Source of the DNA: a virus
Taxonomy: Duplodnaviria > Heunggongvirae > Uroviricota > Caudoviricetes
DNA length: 64,000 nt
Reading direction: 5' to 3' (one strand)
Virus record (IMG/VR): IMGVR_UViG_3300017989_000089
Location: 1 to 64,000 of that record
Position numbers and translations under genes: made by a program. Below, in pieces: positions 1-9,935 of the stretch (the stretch's first letter is position 1; each line of letters begins with the position of its first letter). The notes beneath the pieces are model-generated. The model worked only from the letters and a program-made list of their open reading frames with translations, did no database searches and was not told the DNA's origin.

Positions 1-538
1 AGGTTCTCTTCTTCGAGCGTTACGGGAGGATGCCGCCGCGTCCTTATATCCTGGATGTACTTGGGAAGGAACGCGAGATCAAGTGCCCAAAGTGGCCGTT
101 CAGGAGTGGACAATGACGAGACAGGAGATAGTGAATCTACTAGCCTTCATGCCGGTTGATGTCGAGGAAGACATTGCTGAGGGGAGAAAATACCATCGTG
201 TCGCTCTGGCCACCGCTGTGGAGTCGGCGACCTGCAACCACTGTATGGTTCACATGGATCCCTGTGATTTGCTTGACATTCTCGTCGGAAAGATCCAACA
301 TATACTAGAGGTCGACGGGAACCTAAGCCACAATGGTTGATCGAAGCAGTACAAAATATAGAGCGTGTTCTCGTCGGCCTCTTGTCTCAGATCGCCTGAG
401 GCTCGATCCGGAACTCACAAAGATCTCTATGCAGTACATTAGGGATATCGAAGAGATCAGGACATGCAAGAAGTGTGGTAGGTATCTAGATCCGATGAAG
501 TTCTTCTTCTGCTCCAACCCAGACTGTGAAGATTCCTT

Positions 539-772
539 CTAGCCTCTGTGCTCAAACTCCGCTTGATCCTCTTGTGTCTCGAGTAATCCTTGCTCCCGTT
601 TGACCATCAGGAAGTGCTGCTCCAAGACATATCGGCAGTAATCGGATACACTGCGCTTGGATTCATCAGCGAGTGCCTCCAACTGCTCTTTTAGCCCGGG
701 CTCCATACATACCGCCACTACAGTCGATCTAACCCGTGCTCCCATTCTTGGTCTTCCGGGAGGTCTACCCAT
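539..772 (-). CDS. Ribbon-helix-helix (CopG/Arc-like) DNA-binding protein
   Basis: 77-aa ORF. The segment RSVSDYCRYVLEQHF after a beta-strand-like STVVAVCMEPGLKEQLEALADE matches the RHH fold pattern. Its start overlaps the stop of the upstream SPFH gene. Confidence 0.45.
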   Translation of the reverse strand: MGRPPGRPRMGARVRSTVVAVCMEPGLKEQLEALADESKRSVSDYCRYVLEQHFLMVKREQGLLETQEDQAEFEHRG

Positions 773-1371
773 TACAACACCTTGATTACACCACTTCTCA
801 GATCCGGTCTGATGAATGATTGAATATAGAAATCAGTTAGCTCTGCACCCCACTTACGTGTCTCCTGGTTGCAGTGGGTACGCAGTTTCCAGGGAAGCCC
901 CTGCCGTCGATCCCCAATGCCTTCCTTTCTCATTTCCAGCAACTCTTCCCAAGTAAACTGGAAAAGGTATTCCTGTACCATCCCTTGAACATTTGTCAAG
1001 ACAGTATCGGCATCTTCGACCTCGATCTTGAACTTTTCGATGTCTGTTATTGCCCATAGCGCACTGAAAACGATGTACAGAGGCGTTCCACACTTCAGCG
1101 TCATCTCAATCTCGAGGTCTGGGAGATCTGATGGGACGACATTATCCACTAGCACCTCCTCCACACCGAATGGTAGTAGCAGATGGAATCCAGGACCAAG
1201 TGTTGGCGACTTCCTCCGGAATATCCAACGTTGAACACACCAATTCCTACGCTTGCCCCAAGTGAGTACAACACCTCTCTGATACTCGTCAAGGACAATC
1301 CAGAATTTGAACAGGTAAATGATCTCCAAGATGAGATCGATAATCCTGTCTATTCCGAGTCCGGCTGTCAT
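772..1371 (-). CDS. SPFH/band-7 (stomatin/HflKC-like) membrane protein
   Basis: 199 aa. N-terminal TM helix IIDLILEIIYLFKFWIVL is followed by EYQRGVVLTWGK...GPGFHLLLPF..VDNVV, which matches the conserved SPFH core. Confidence 0.5.
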   Translation of the reverse strand: MTAGLGIDRIIDLILEIIYLFKFWIVLDEYQRGVVLTWGKRRNWCVQRWIFRRKSPTLGPGFHLLLPFGVEEVLVDNVVPSDLPDLEIEMTLKCGTPLYIVFSALWAITDIEKFKIEVEDADTVLTNVQGMVQEYLFQFTWEELLEMRKEGIGDRRQGLPWKLRTHCNQETRKWGAELTDFYIQSFIRPDLRSGVIKVL

Positions 1372-1375
1372 CGCT

Positions 1376-1819
1376 CTACTCGTGAAGTATCGAGATGGCT
1401 ACCTCCACCGCGTCGATGATCGAAGTCACCACGAATCCGCAGGTTTCACGGATCATAGGATGGTCATGAACGTTTCCGTCCTCCATCACTAATATGACAG
1501 GAATCCTGTACAAGTCGGCCCAGGCGATTTCCATCACCGTACCTATAGACACCTTAGTTGTACCAAGTACGTTGACGATAATGAGGTCGGCTCTCGTACA
1601 GTCAAACCTGTCTCTCGTGGTGAGTCCTTTCTGACTGCTCAGAGGAAACTCTTCGTAAGCCGCACGAATCTTATCGGAGCCCTCGAGGTATTTTTTGGCA
1701 CGCAGTGGGGACAGCCCCTCGATACCATGTACGTTCAATCGTTTCTTTGCTTCGGCGCGCCACTCTGTAGCTTCATCCCAGGACGCACCTGTAATAGGAC
1801 CTGCTAGATAGACTTTCAT
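1376..1819 (-). CDS. Nucleoside 2-deoxyribosyltransferase-family protein
   Basis: 147 aa. N-terminal MKVYLAGPI and the later EIAWADLYRIPVILV are hallmark motifs of the Nuc_deoxyrib_tr/YtoQ family. Confidence 0.55.
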   Translation of the reverse strand: MKVYLAGPITGASWDEATEWRAEAKKRLNVHGIEGLSPLRAKKYLEGSDKIRAAYEEFPLSSQKGLTTRDRFDCTRADLIIVNVLGTTKVSIGTVMEIAWADLYRIPVILVMEDGNVHDHPMIRETCGFVVTSIIDAVEVAISILHE

Positions 1820-1836
1820 TCGTCTTTCTTCCTTTC

Positions 1837-3033
1837 TTATTCAACAAAGATCGGACAAGTGAATGTTCTTCCTCGTTTGCTGTCGATCACAAAGAATGTT
1901 TGACGCGGTGGTTCGTAGTCGGCCTTGATCCTAATCGCATATGGATTGTACCCAATGAGCGATCCATTAGAGATGAAGTTTCCTCCATCCTTCATCTGAT
2001 GGTAGTGGCCAAATACGTCCAGGTCTGCACGGCGAGCCCGGTTCCACTGAGCGATGCTCTTGTTGACCGGAATGTAGAGCCCTCCGACTCCACCGCGGTA
2101 TAGCATACCGTGTCCATGATGGAAACGCAACAGCAGATCGTATACCGGCAGGTAGGAATGGTAGGCACGTTTGATCTCGAACTTGATCCTGTTCTGGTTC
2201 TGAAACAGGAGTGCAAGGTTTTTGTACATTAGAAACTCGAGACTGTGTCCGTGTTCCGTCGCAATGAAGATCTTCTTCGTTGTTCTGGAGTGGTTCCCAA
2301 CGTGACAAGGGATAACAAGATCGTAAGGACTGTTGTCCAGTAGGAAGTTGATACCGTTGGCTATGAAGCATTGTGCGGCTTCGACGGCTTCCATCGGCAA
2401 CAACCCAGCTACCTCCCGATTCTCCTCGTGGATGTCTGTAGTAACGAAATCACCAAGAAGCGGGAGAACGATCGTTGTGATCTTGACGTCACGATCAATG
2501 ATCTCTGTCAACCGCAGACCGGATTGGAAGAACTTTGTGGCGCGTTTCTCCGCGATTCCGACGTTGTACTCGTTGAGCATGTTGACAGATTCTGGAGTCA
2601 CCTCTTCCTCGATATGCCAATCCGATGCAACCATGAACGCAGTCGCTTCTGTAGCACCCGATGGTTTCTTCTTTTGGATAGGTTCGAGGACAGGTAGACC
2701 GACCTTCTCGATGACACCAACTTGTTCAGTCAGATCATCATATTTGGTTTGTAGGATTTTGTGGACTGTCTTTACTCGGGACAACTCTGCCTTTGTCGCT
2801 TGGAGCTTTCGTTCAAGCTCTTCAATCTGGATAACCTTCGGATCAGTTGGGTCGCTGATTGCTTGAGCTTCGATCAGCGGAGGCGCACTCCACTTTTGTT
2901 TTACAGCCCAATCCTTTACAGTGGACTGCGGAATTCCGGTACGCCTTGCGATCTCCACATAAGGAAGACCCTGCTTCTCTCTGAGATCTTTGGCGCGTTT
3001 TACCGTTTCCGGTGAATACTTAGCCGATTCCAT
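1837..3033 (-). CDS. Calcineurin-like metallophosphoesterase with N-terminal HTH and coiled coil
   Basis: 398 aa. Metallophosphoesterase motifs are SDWHI (DxH), LGDFVTTDIHEE (GDxxD), VGNHS (GNHE-like), FHHGH and GHYHQ (GHxH). The N-terminus carries an HTH (YVEIARRTGIPQSTVKDWA). Confidence 0.55.
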   Translation of the reverse strand: MESAKYSPETVKRAKDLREKQGLPYVEIARRTGIPQSTVKDWAVKQKWSAPPLIEAQAISDPTDPKVIQIEELERKLQATKAELSRVKTVHKILQTKYDDLTEQVGVIEKVGLPVLEPIQKKKPSGATEATAFMVASDWHIEEEVTPESVNMLNEYNVGIAEKRATKFFQSGLRLTEIIDRDVKITTIVLPLLGDFVTTDIHEENREVAGLLPMEAVEAAQCFIANGINFLLDNSPYDLVIPCHVGNHSRTTKKIFIATEHGHSLEFLMYKNLALLFQNQNRIKFEIKRAYHSYLPVYDLLLRFHHGHGMLYRGGVGGLYIPVNKSIAQWNRARRADLDVFGHYHQMKDGGNFISNGSLIGYNPYAIRIKADYEPPRQTFFVIDSKRGRTFTCPIFVE

Positions 3034-3408
3034 TTAAAGCTCCTCTTCTGGTATTCCCTCCTCGTTTCCTATAGTCAGAAGGCAATGCATCCTCTGGAGT
3101 CGATCATCGACCTCATCCAAACCACCGTTTTCCACTATAGCGTCCGGCATGAGGTCTCTTGCTTCTATAACCAATTCCTCCAGCCTCCTTAGCTGTGGTG
3201 CCATTACCGCAACGTAGGAAACGAAGTCCAGAACTTCATCTACCAGCATAGGTAGACATTGCTTTCTCCACAACCTCCCCCCGTGTTCGTATTGACCCTT
3301 CATGTATTTCCTACGCCAGGCTTCTCCGAACGCGTTGAGGATGAGTTCCATGTGATCTTCTGGTGTACTCTCCTTGTTCAAGATGGGAATATCACTGAGA
3401 TTTTTCAC
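3034..3408 (-). CDS. hypothetical protein
   Basis: 124-aa ORF in the minus-strand operon, tightly packed next to the upstream gene. Confidence 0.35.
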   Translation of the reverse strand: MKNLSDIPILNKESTPEDHMELILNAFGEAWRRKYMKGQYEHGGRLWRKQCLPMLVDEVLDFVSYVAVMAPQLRRLEELVIEARDLMPDAIVENGGLDEVDDRLQRMHCLLTIGNEEGIPEEEL

Positions 3409-3509
3409 GCTTCTTTTCCTTTCTCATCGATCCATTTGTCAAAAGCTGTAATCATGCCCTTGAGTAGACGGACTAGTTGCTTGAAGAGTTTTCTGGTAGC
3501 TGGACTCAT

Positions 3510-3908
3510 TTACGGAACTTTCTGTAGATTGTGGACTACCAAATCAACTTGTTTTGCGCCGAATCGAGCATTGCCATCGAACTCGTACTCGAACAAGGCG
3601 CGGTGAATTTCTCTGTTGTTCTCAGCGTCGGACGTGTCAATGATCTCAAGATCATCTGGCTGTATATCCCACGTGAGGTTGCCACTTGCATCGATGGTTA
3701 CATTGTTCGTGTTTTTGATGTCCTGCTTGTTGCGAGAATTGACGATTGTCCCGGATTCCGGAACGAACAGTGTAAGCGTTGCTGCATCGATATCAGCGAC
3801 GTCAACTGGATCGCCATTTTCATCTTTTAGCACCGCAGTAAGCTGAGGGGTGGTTCCTTCCAGGACCTCATACGAAGGGATAGTAGTTGGGTCATTTCCT
3901 GTAGCCAT
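3510..3908 (-). CDS. hypothetical protein
   Basis: 132-aa acidic ORF in the operon. Confidence 0.35.
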   Translation of the reverse strand: MATGNDPTTIPSYEVLEGTTPQLTAVLKDENGDPVDVADIDAATLTLFVPESGTIVNSRNKQDIKNTNNVTIDASGNLTWDIQPDDLEIIDTSDAENNREIHRALFEYEFDGNARFGAKQVDLVVHNLQKVP

Positions 3909-4085
3909 CGTGCTAGTCTCCCGACGGAACCAACTCGATATCCGTCATAGATGGCTGGATCACAGAGATCTCATCGTCCTCCATAGTGGGGGTCGTGACC
4001 TCTATGTCCTGCATTTCTACGGTGATAGGCATGCTTCACCTCTTGTTTGTTGGGATTATACCCCAAAAGCTGTAGGAAAAACAGC

Positions 4086-4547
4086 CTATTGATCGTCCTG
4101 GCACCATTCTCTGAATAGGTCCATGTCGAGGTCAGGGCAGGTTTTCTGGTCGGTGAACTCGTAGTGTCCCTTTACGTGCTCAATCGTCGGAAACCTGTTC
4201 ATCATCAGCTTACATAAGCCGATAGCGGAGTCAATTTGCTTGGAGGTAAACCCGCCCTTCTTCCCGATCATACAGATCCCTATTGAGTGTCCGTTGTGCC
4301 CTTGAACATGTGCTCCTTCGAACTCTAGTGATCTGCCTGTATGAACTTTTCCATCGAATACACGATCAGGTTTCTTCGCCTCCCACTTATAGCGCGTCGG
4401 AAAACAATTGGTGATGACAAAGTGGTAGCCGATATCATCCCATCCGCGGTCCTTGTGCCACTGTCTAATTGTGGACACATCTCCGTAATAGGAGTCGGAA
4501 ATGTGAATGACGATCGTGTCGATTTCTTCTGGATCTATATGTCGCAT
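4086..4547 (-). CDS. N-acetylmuramoyl-L-alanine amidase (amidase_2/PGRP, T7-lysozyme-like) endolysin
   Basis: Motifs IVIHISDS, GYHFVI, GAHVQGHNGHSIGI and a C-terminal HYEF..KTCPD match zinc amidase_2. Start set at the internal ATG 4545-4547 (MRHIDPEE), which gives about 154 aa. The upstream stop overlaps as TAAGATG. Confidence 0.75.
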   Translation of the reverse strand: MRHIDPEEIDTIVIHISDSYYGDVSTIRQWHKDRGWDDIGYHFVITNCFPTRYKWEAKKPDRVFDGKVHTGRSLEFEGAHVQGHNGHSIGICMIGKKGGFTSKQIDSAIGLCKLMMNRFPTIEHVKGHYEFTDQKTCPDLDMDLFREWCQDDQ

Positions 4548-4548
4548 C

Positions 4549-4836
4549 TTACGGGTTCGGATTCGGGTTCTGATCGCCAGCACCGATGAAATCGTTGTCT
4601 CTCTCGAGCATTGTGCCCAGTGCGATAAGGCGTTTTGCGAACTGAGCCTTAGATCCAGCTGCAAGGTAACCCCAAACCGCCATGGAAGGCTTGAACACAA
4701 TACCGACGACTGCTAGATCTTCCGGGCCGAGTCCATTCTCGACTGCTTCATGGATGGCCTCATAGATCTTGTCGGCGTTCTCAGCCGCTACATGCTCTTC
4801 CTCTTTCCAGTTGACTTTCTCTCTGCTGTATGCCAC
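4549..4836 (-). CDS. small protein adjacent to endolysin (holin-like candidate)
   Basis: 95 aa with a hydrophobic stretch LAVVGIVFKPSMAVWGYLAAG. Sits immediately upstream of the amidase gene. Confidence 0.3.
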   Translation of the reverse strand: MAYSREKVNWKEEEHVAAENADKIYEAIHEAVENGLGPEDLAVVGIVFKPSMAVWGYLAAGSKAQFAKRLIALGTMLERDNDFIGAGDQNPNPNP

Positions 4837-4851
4837 GGTGTTGCTCCTTTC

Positions 4852-5220
4852 TTAGTTGATATCGAGCTTTCCTTTGATCTTCCCGATATCACTGTGTATC
4901 AGATCAAACCTTCTGTTGGTTTCAGACTTGTGTTGTTGTAGATCTTGATGGACAAGCTCGACGAGTTCGGAGATGGTACGTCCGGGATTCTTCTTTCCAG
5001 TAAGCGTAGCATCACCGTTTGTCCACTCTCTTTCAATCCTTTGCTCGACACGTCTGGATTGCTTCTTTTCAAGACGCACTATCCACCACGTTCTGAGCAT
5101 CCAAACAATTGCCGATAGCACTAGTGTCCATATACCTACCTCGTTTGGTTCGTCAAATGCTCTAGGTACCCAGCTGGTGATCTCCGGTGTTGCTTCTTGA
5201 ACGAAGAGTAGGAACCACAT
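4852..5220 (-). CDS. single-pass membrane protein (holin/spanin candidate)
   Basis: 122 aa. Contains a TM helix IWTLVLSAIVWMLRTWWIV and a charged C-terminus. Position is in the lysis cassette. Confidence 0.35.
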   Translation of the reverse strand: MWFLLFVQEATPEITSWVPRAFDEPNEVGIWTLVLSAIVWMLRTWWIVRLEKKQSRRVEQRIEREWTNGDATLTGKKNPGRTISELVELVHQDLQQHKSETNRRFDLIHSDIGKIKGKLDIN

Positions 5221-5231
5221 CCTCTTTCTCC

Positions 5232-6002
5232 TTAAATCGCATATTTAGGTCGTACGAACAGAGCGTTCAAGAGGATTTCCTTCTCCTCAGGAATATCCAT
5301 AGATGGGAGTCTGTCGGCGGAGTTACCTGGACATGCAATGATGTCTTTGAACTCAGCAAAGATTTTGTTCAGAACCTCAGTAGACTCGTGAAATAGATTT
5401 AGTCCTCCCCACCCTGCAGCAATGAGGGGGCCGAGCCATGAGATACCTGTCATGACTCTAGTAGCAGCAGCGCCTCTCCACGTGACATCGATACGGAAGT
5501 AGTAGACGTTCATGCCGGTGCCGATTGCAGGTCCCATGACGATCGCATAGAGATTGCCGTCTACTTGCGGCTGTGTCCATACAGTACCGTCTGGTGGCGT
5601 CGGCATTGGTGTCGTCGTTCTTCTCACGCCGCATGATCCGCCTGGAGCACCGGGTTGAATGGTTGCATAGTTTATACTATACGTGTAAGGACTTGGTGAG
5701 TACCCCATCACTCTGTACTGACCTGCAGTGGATCCTCCACCACGTCTAGCTGTAGTTTCGGCACTAACCGCATCGATCGCGCCACCACGTGCGTCATTTG
5801 GTAGTGACTGAAACTCGAACCTACCAAACCTAAGCGGGGTACTGTTTGGTTGTATGATCCTGGATCCCGACGAGCAGTCATCACTCTGCATGCACAGGAC
5901 GCAATTTCGCAGGGTGGGGCTCATCCACGGGCCGGTCAGGCAGTAATTGGGCGATATATTGCCGCTCTCGAGGACTTGAGGTAGAAGTGGTGTAAGGGGC
6001 AT
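5232..6002 (-). CDS. Gly-rich virion structural protein (tail fiber/baseplate accessory candidate)
   Basis: 256 aa, glycine- and threonine-rich, in the distal tail region. Confidence 0.35.
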   Translation of the reverse strand: MPLTPLLPQVLESGNISPNYCLTGPWMSPTLRNCVLCMQSDDCSSGSRIIQPNSTPLRFGRFEFQSLPNDARGGAIDAVSAETTARRGGGSTAGQYRVMGYSPSPYTYSINYATIQPGAPGGSCGVRRTTTPMPTPPDGTVWTQPQVDGNLYAIVMGPAIGTGMNVYYFRIDVTWRGAAATRVMTGISWLGPLIAAGWGGLNLFHESTEVLNKIFAEFKDIIACPGNSADRLPSMDIPEEKEILLNALFVRPKYAI

Positions 6003-6005
6003 CGT

Positions 6006-7034
6006 CTACCTCACAGAAGCCGGACTCAACCAGATCTCTTGCGGACGCTTCCAAGCTTTGTAGCGAATGTGGATGCCGAGTGTGTCCCCACCGGCAGTTG
6101 GCAAAGGAGCGTCGACTTCACTACGAATTAGGATACCGGCATTGCCCGGAGCGGCTGCAGCACCGGTCTCAAGGTAGGAGAAGCATCTACGGTTGTATGT
6201 ACTGTCAGGATTTGCATAGCCGTTATAGGCAGATACTGCAACCCGTGGACGACCACCAGCGGTGAACATGGAAGTGAATGTAGTACCATCCCATTGTAGA
6301 ACATCAGCAATCAGTGGATTGGTAACCGGCTGCGAATTCGTACGTAGTGCAACCTGTTCTACGATGAAAGGACGCTGAGGCATGTACTGATCGATGAACC
6401 CAAGGTACGGCGCACCGCGGATACCCATAAACAAGGTCTCTCGAATAAGGGGAGTAGGCACGAAACGATCCGGCTTGATGTCGCTAAATAGGAAAACAGG
6501 ACCACTGAAGATCGCGTTCCCTGCGCCCTCGACCCTCCCCTCGAAGCTGAGATAGGTCGCCGCAGGATTGATCAGATGCTCAAGATCCAGCCACTCAAAC
6601 GCACCACCGCCGGTATGATAGGCGGAGTCAGTTGTCGCTGCACCATCATCAATTCTGATCCTAGCTATACCGCCTGTCGCTGTCTTCACGAAGCACCCGG
6701 CTGTGACAACCCGTCCGTCGAAGAAGCTGTCGTAGTCGGCTGGATTGATAATATACTGCCATAGGCGAGCTACTGCAGATCCGTACGTCACGCGAGCGGA
6801 CATCTTTCCGACGGCTATATCGATCGCCGTGGTAACCCTAGCGATGAGCGCGCCGGTTCCGGACAAGTTCCAGGTCGCCGGTACGGTTGCATCATCATAG
6901 GCCCAGCACTCGTAGAGGGGATCCTGGAGGTAGTTGGCCGAGTACATGTGCCGCCGGGTCGCGAGGAAGTTGGCCCTCATGTCGCCGGAGATCAGCAGGC
7001 TCGAAGTCGGTGGGTTATTCTCGTTGAAAGACAT
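6006..7034 (-). CDS. tail/baseplate structural protein
   Basis: 342 aa, directly downstream of the large fiber gene. Confidence 0.4.
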   Translation of the reverse strand: MSFNENNPPTSSLLISGDMRANFLATRRHMYSANYLQDPLYECWAYDDATVPATWNLSGTGALIARVTTAIDIAVGKMSARVTYGSAVARLWQYIINPADYDSFFDGRVVTAGCFVKTATGGIARIRIDDGAATTDSAYHTGGGAFEWLDLEHLINPAATYLSFEGRVEGAGNAIFSGPVFLFSDIKPDRFVPTPLIRETLFMGIRGAPYLGFIDQYMPQRPFIVEQVALRTNSQPVTNPLIADVLQWDGTTFTSMFTAGGRPRVAVSAYNGYANPDSTYNRRCFSYLETGAAAAPGNAGILIRSEVDAPLPTAGGDTLGIHIRYKAWKRPQEIWLSPASVR

Positions 7035-7103
7035 CGTGTTCTCCCTCTTGCTCCCGAATTATAAGCTCCAAACCGGGTAGCAAGCAAGCAAAAACCTAAA
7101 CGG

Positions 7104-9935
7104 TTAGTTATCTGTAAGTTCCACGTTCACCTTACCCGTCTGGGGCTGCTTCCTGATCGAGACAATTCTGAAGATGACGTTGTCGATGGAGCCGTCCACA
7201 CCGACCCCAGTACTTTTATCAACCTGGATCTTGTCGCCAACATCGAAGCGAATGAACCGGCCACCCAAGAGATTCATGCTAGCCTTTCTAGGTTCCTTAT
7301 TGGCGAGGACAAGGAAACCGTCGGCGCGTGTCTTGGCATCGACCGGGTTCTTGATGAACGTGTTGAACTCCTTAGTGTCCGGACGCCCCAAACGGATAAC
7401 TACACTGTCATCCGTCGATTCCGCAGCGCGGTAGTTCCCGGTTGTTGGATCCTGATCGTACTTGATCCTAATAGTCTGGTAGACATCAGCAACGGCTCTA
7501 TCCTCGCCGTATTGCTGAATCTCTTTGTCATCGACTATAGGTACAGTCCCTGTAATGGTCTCGATATTCACCCTGTAGAAGACCACACCGTCTGCGTTAA
7601 CGATGATGTTGGCGGCATTCGACCACTCGAGCCCATCGAAGATATCCTTGGTTGAGATTGTGCTACCGAGATAGATCGCTAGTTCCTCTGGAGCGTTTGT
7701 ACGTGCATCCAAGAACGAGTCTTCATCGATAATATCCAGACCCTTCTTCATGTAGTTGCGTAGAACCACGCGGAGGATATCAGCCCCGATTGTGATTGGA
7801 CCTTCACCAGTTCCAGTAAACGTTCCTGCGTTGTTGTCCTTATACCCAGAGGCATCACATCTGATAATGTGGTTCGTTTCAGGATCCACGAATACTGGTT
7901 CATCACTCGTATAGCCGGTTGCGTCACCACCGGTCTTGTCGGCACCTTTAGTAAATCCTACGAGTGGCCAAATGGCGATATCCTTATCCGCTCCAGAGTT
8001 GGTCAACAACTCAAAAGTACCGACCGGGATCGCTCTGTGGAAAAAGAATGTGTGTGCTGCTTGATCATATGTAACGATGTAGTCGCTAGGACCAACACCT
8101 TCCATTGCAGTTTCGATCGCAGCCGCTAATTGTGTGGCGGTGTACAAACCTGTTGGTACTGCAGCAGTGTAGATGGATCCACCATCATTCCACTCGATGA
8201 TGTTATTCTCCGCAGTGACTTCGAATGGACCAACGTCGTTTATGATGGAGATGTTGCCAGCGGCTAGATCCTCCGTGTAGTCAACACCGAATACGAGGGC
8301 TATCCTTCTGTTAGTATCTACGAGGTCAGCCGCCTCCTTGTCTACGTAGGCGTACACAGCGTTTACCCCGTAGATCCCATTGGGAGCATCTAGCGTATCG
8401 GCGATCTCATATCTGCCATAGCCATTGGAAGCAAACTCGATGCGTCCAGGAGAAATGTTCTCCTTGGTCCCAAATAGGATCGGCCTCGCTTTGCCATCTA
8501 TTGCAGGATTGATATCAGGACTGCTTGTAATATCGTAGACACGCAGCGGCAAAATCGAATGGAAGAATGACCGCAGATCTTGTAGGCTTACCTTGAACTC
8601 CTCAGCATCTTCGTCGTGTTCCTGAATGAGGCCAGTAAAGGATCGTTCATAGTCCTCGAGTGGAATTTCTTGAGGTAGATCCCCGGGAGCCAGAGGTGGA
8701 AATTCACCTCCCCAAAGAACAACGGTGTTTTGGTTTCCCCACTCTACGAGCGGAATTAGGCGATAAAAGAAACCATCGTTGTTTATAAGTGAGACGGAGC
8801 CCACACCAATATTCTTACGTCCGAAGAAGACGTCATGGGATCCTACACGAGTGGAAGGAATCGAGGTCATCTTGATACGTGGTTCGTGATAATTGTACGA
8901 CCACACTCTGCGTACATCTACGTTGTCCCAATAAGCGGTACCACCACCGGTACCACCGATAGCACGAAGCATGAATGTGTGTGTAGTATCGAACGCCACG
9001 AAATCGATGAAGAACCTCTTCCATTCACCACCGGTTGCTGTAAGAGGAAGATGACCGGTAGCAGCAGTGGCCGTATAGCGACCATCTACACGAATAGCGT
9101 TGGTTCCGGCACCATCGGTAATCCTGATTTGAGGAGTGACATCCCCATCCGTTCTATATGCACCGTAGAATCGGTAGATCTTGCCTGGTGTGAACTCGTC
9201 GGTAAGTGTTTGCTCTACGCTAGTGATTCCCGTTGGAGCAACGGTCATTCCCATAGAACTCTTGCCCTCACGAACGATCGTCTGTTCCTGGAAGATCGCT
9301 TGCAGGAGTTCATCCCATGTAAGCGGAGGAGTATCCCATGAAGCGCCACTATCCCATGTAGTGAATCCTGTCCCCTCCACCGTTATCCAATTGTCTGCCT
9401 TCCCTGCAGTCCAGTCTTCCATATCTCCATTGATCAACTTCGTCGGACCAAACCGCGGGTTGAACATTCCTTTAGGCGCAAAGTTGAATGAATGGACGGC
9501 GACTATGGTCGTATCGTCCGGATCCGAGTCGTCCGATAGGTGGACGTGCAACTGTGTAAATTGATCCCATCTAGATACACCGTCGTCCCACAGGGTTGAA
9601 CCATCATCCCAAGCCCCAGATGGTGTGAACACGAGTGCAGGATCATAGAAGAAGGACCCAGGGATATCTCTACACTGCTGCACTGTTTCTACACGAAGGA
9701 GAGTGGGATCCACCAAACTACGAACATCAATGATATCGCGGCGCACGCCATCGAAGATGAAGTCTACATTGGCAATATATGCTCCATTTTGATCAGGAGC
9801 CCACCCAGTAACTTCTTGGATCGGTTGAAGCTCGACCAAGACAGTCTTATCCGAGTGGGACGCATTTACAAGATCAACGAAGTCCTTGATGCGATCCTTC
9901 AACCCAAGCGCACCATGTCCTCTGTTATCTGCCAT
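7104..9935 (-). CDS. large tail fiber / receptor-binding or baseplate protein
   Basis: 943-aa ORF after the Dit-like gene. W/D/G-rich composition typical of fibers. Confidence 0.5.
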   Translation of the reverse strand: MADNRGHGALGLKDRIKDFVDLVNASHSDKTVLVELQPIQEVTGWAPDQNGAYIANVDFIFDGVRRDIIDVRSLVDPTLLRVETVQQCRDIPGSFFYDPALVFTPSGAWDDGSTLWDDGVSRWDQFTQLHVHLSDDSDPDDTTIVAVHSFNFAPKGMFNPRFGPTKLINGDMEDWTAGKADNWITVEGTGFTTWDSGASWDTPPLTWDELLQAIFQEQTIVREGKSSMGMTVAPTGITSVEQTLTDEFTPGKIYRFYGAYRTDGDVTPQIRITDGAGTNAIRVDGRYTATAATGHLPLTATGGEWKRFFIDFVAFDTTHTFMLRAIGGTGGGTAYWDNVDVRRVWSYNYHEPRIKMTSIPSTRVGSHDVFFGRKNIGVGSVSLINNDGFFYRLIPLVEWGNQNTVVLWGGEFPPLAPGDLPQEIPLEDYERSFTGLIQEHDEDAEEFKVSLQDLRSFFHSILPLRVYDITSSPDINPAIDGKARPILFGTKENISPGRIEFASNGYGRYEIADTLDAPNGIYGVNAVYAYVDKEAADLVDTNRRIALVFGVDYTEDLAAGNISIINDVGPFEVTAENNIIEWNDGGSIYTAAVPTGLYTATQLAAAIETAMEGVGPSDYIVTYDQAAHTFFFHRAIPVGTFELLTNSGADKDIAIWPLVGFTKGADKTGGDATGYTSDEPVFVDPETNHIIRCDASGYKDNNAGTFTGTGEGPITIGADILRVVLRNYMKKGLDIIDEDSFLDARTNAPEELAIYLGSTISTKDIFDGLEWSNAANIIVNADGVVFYRVNIETITGTVPIVDDKEIQQYGEDRAVADVYQTIRIKYDQDPTTGNYRAAESTDDSVVIRLGRPDTKEFNTFIKNPVDAKTRADGFLVLANKEPRKASMNLLGGRFIRFDVGDKIQVDKSTGVGVDGSIDNVIFRIVSIRKQPQTGKVNVELTDN

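Noticed and set aside
83-542. Two small plus-strand ORFs (83-340 and 333-542) at the window edge.
   Set aside because: No recognisable motifs apart from CxxC pairs in the second. Orientation is opposite to the adjacent operon. The window edge prevents context assessment.
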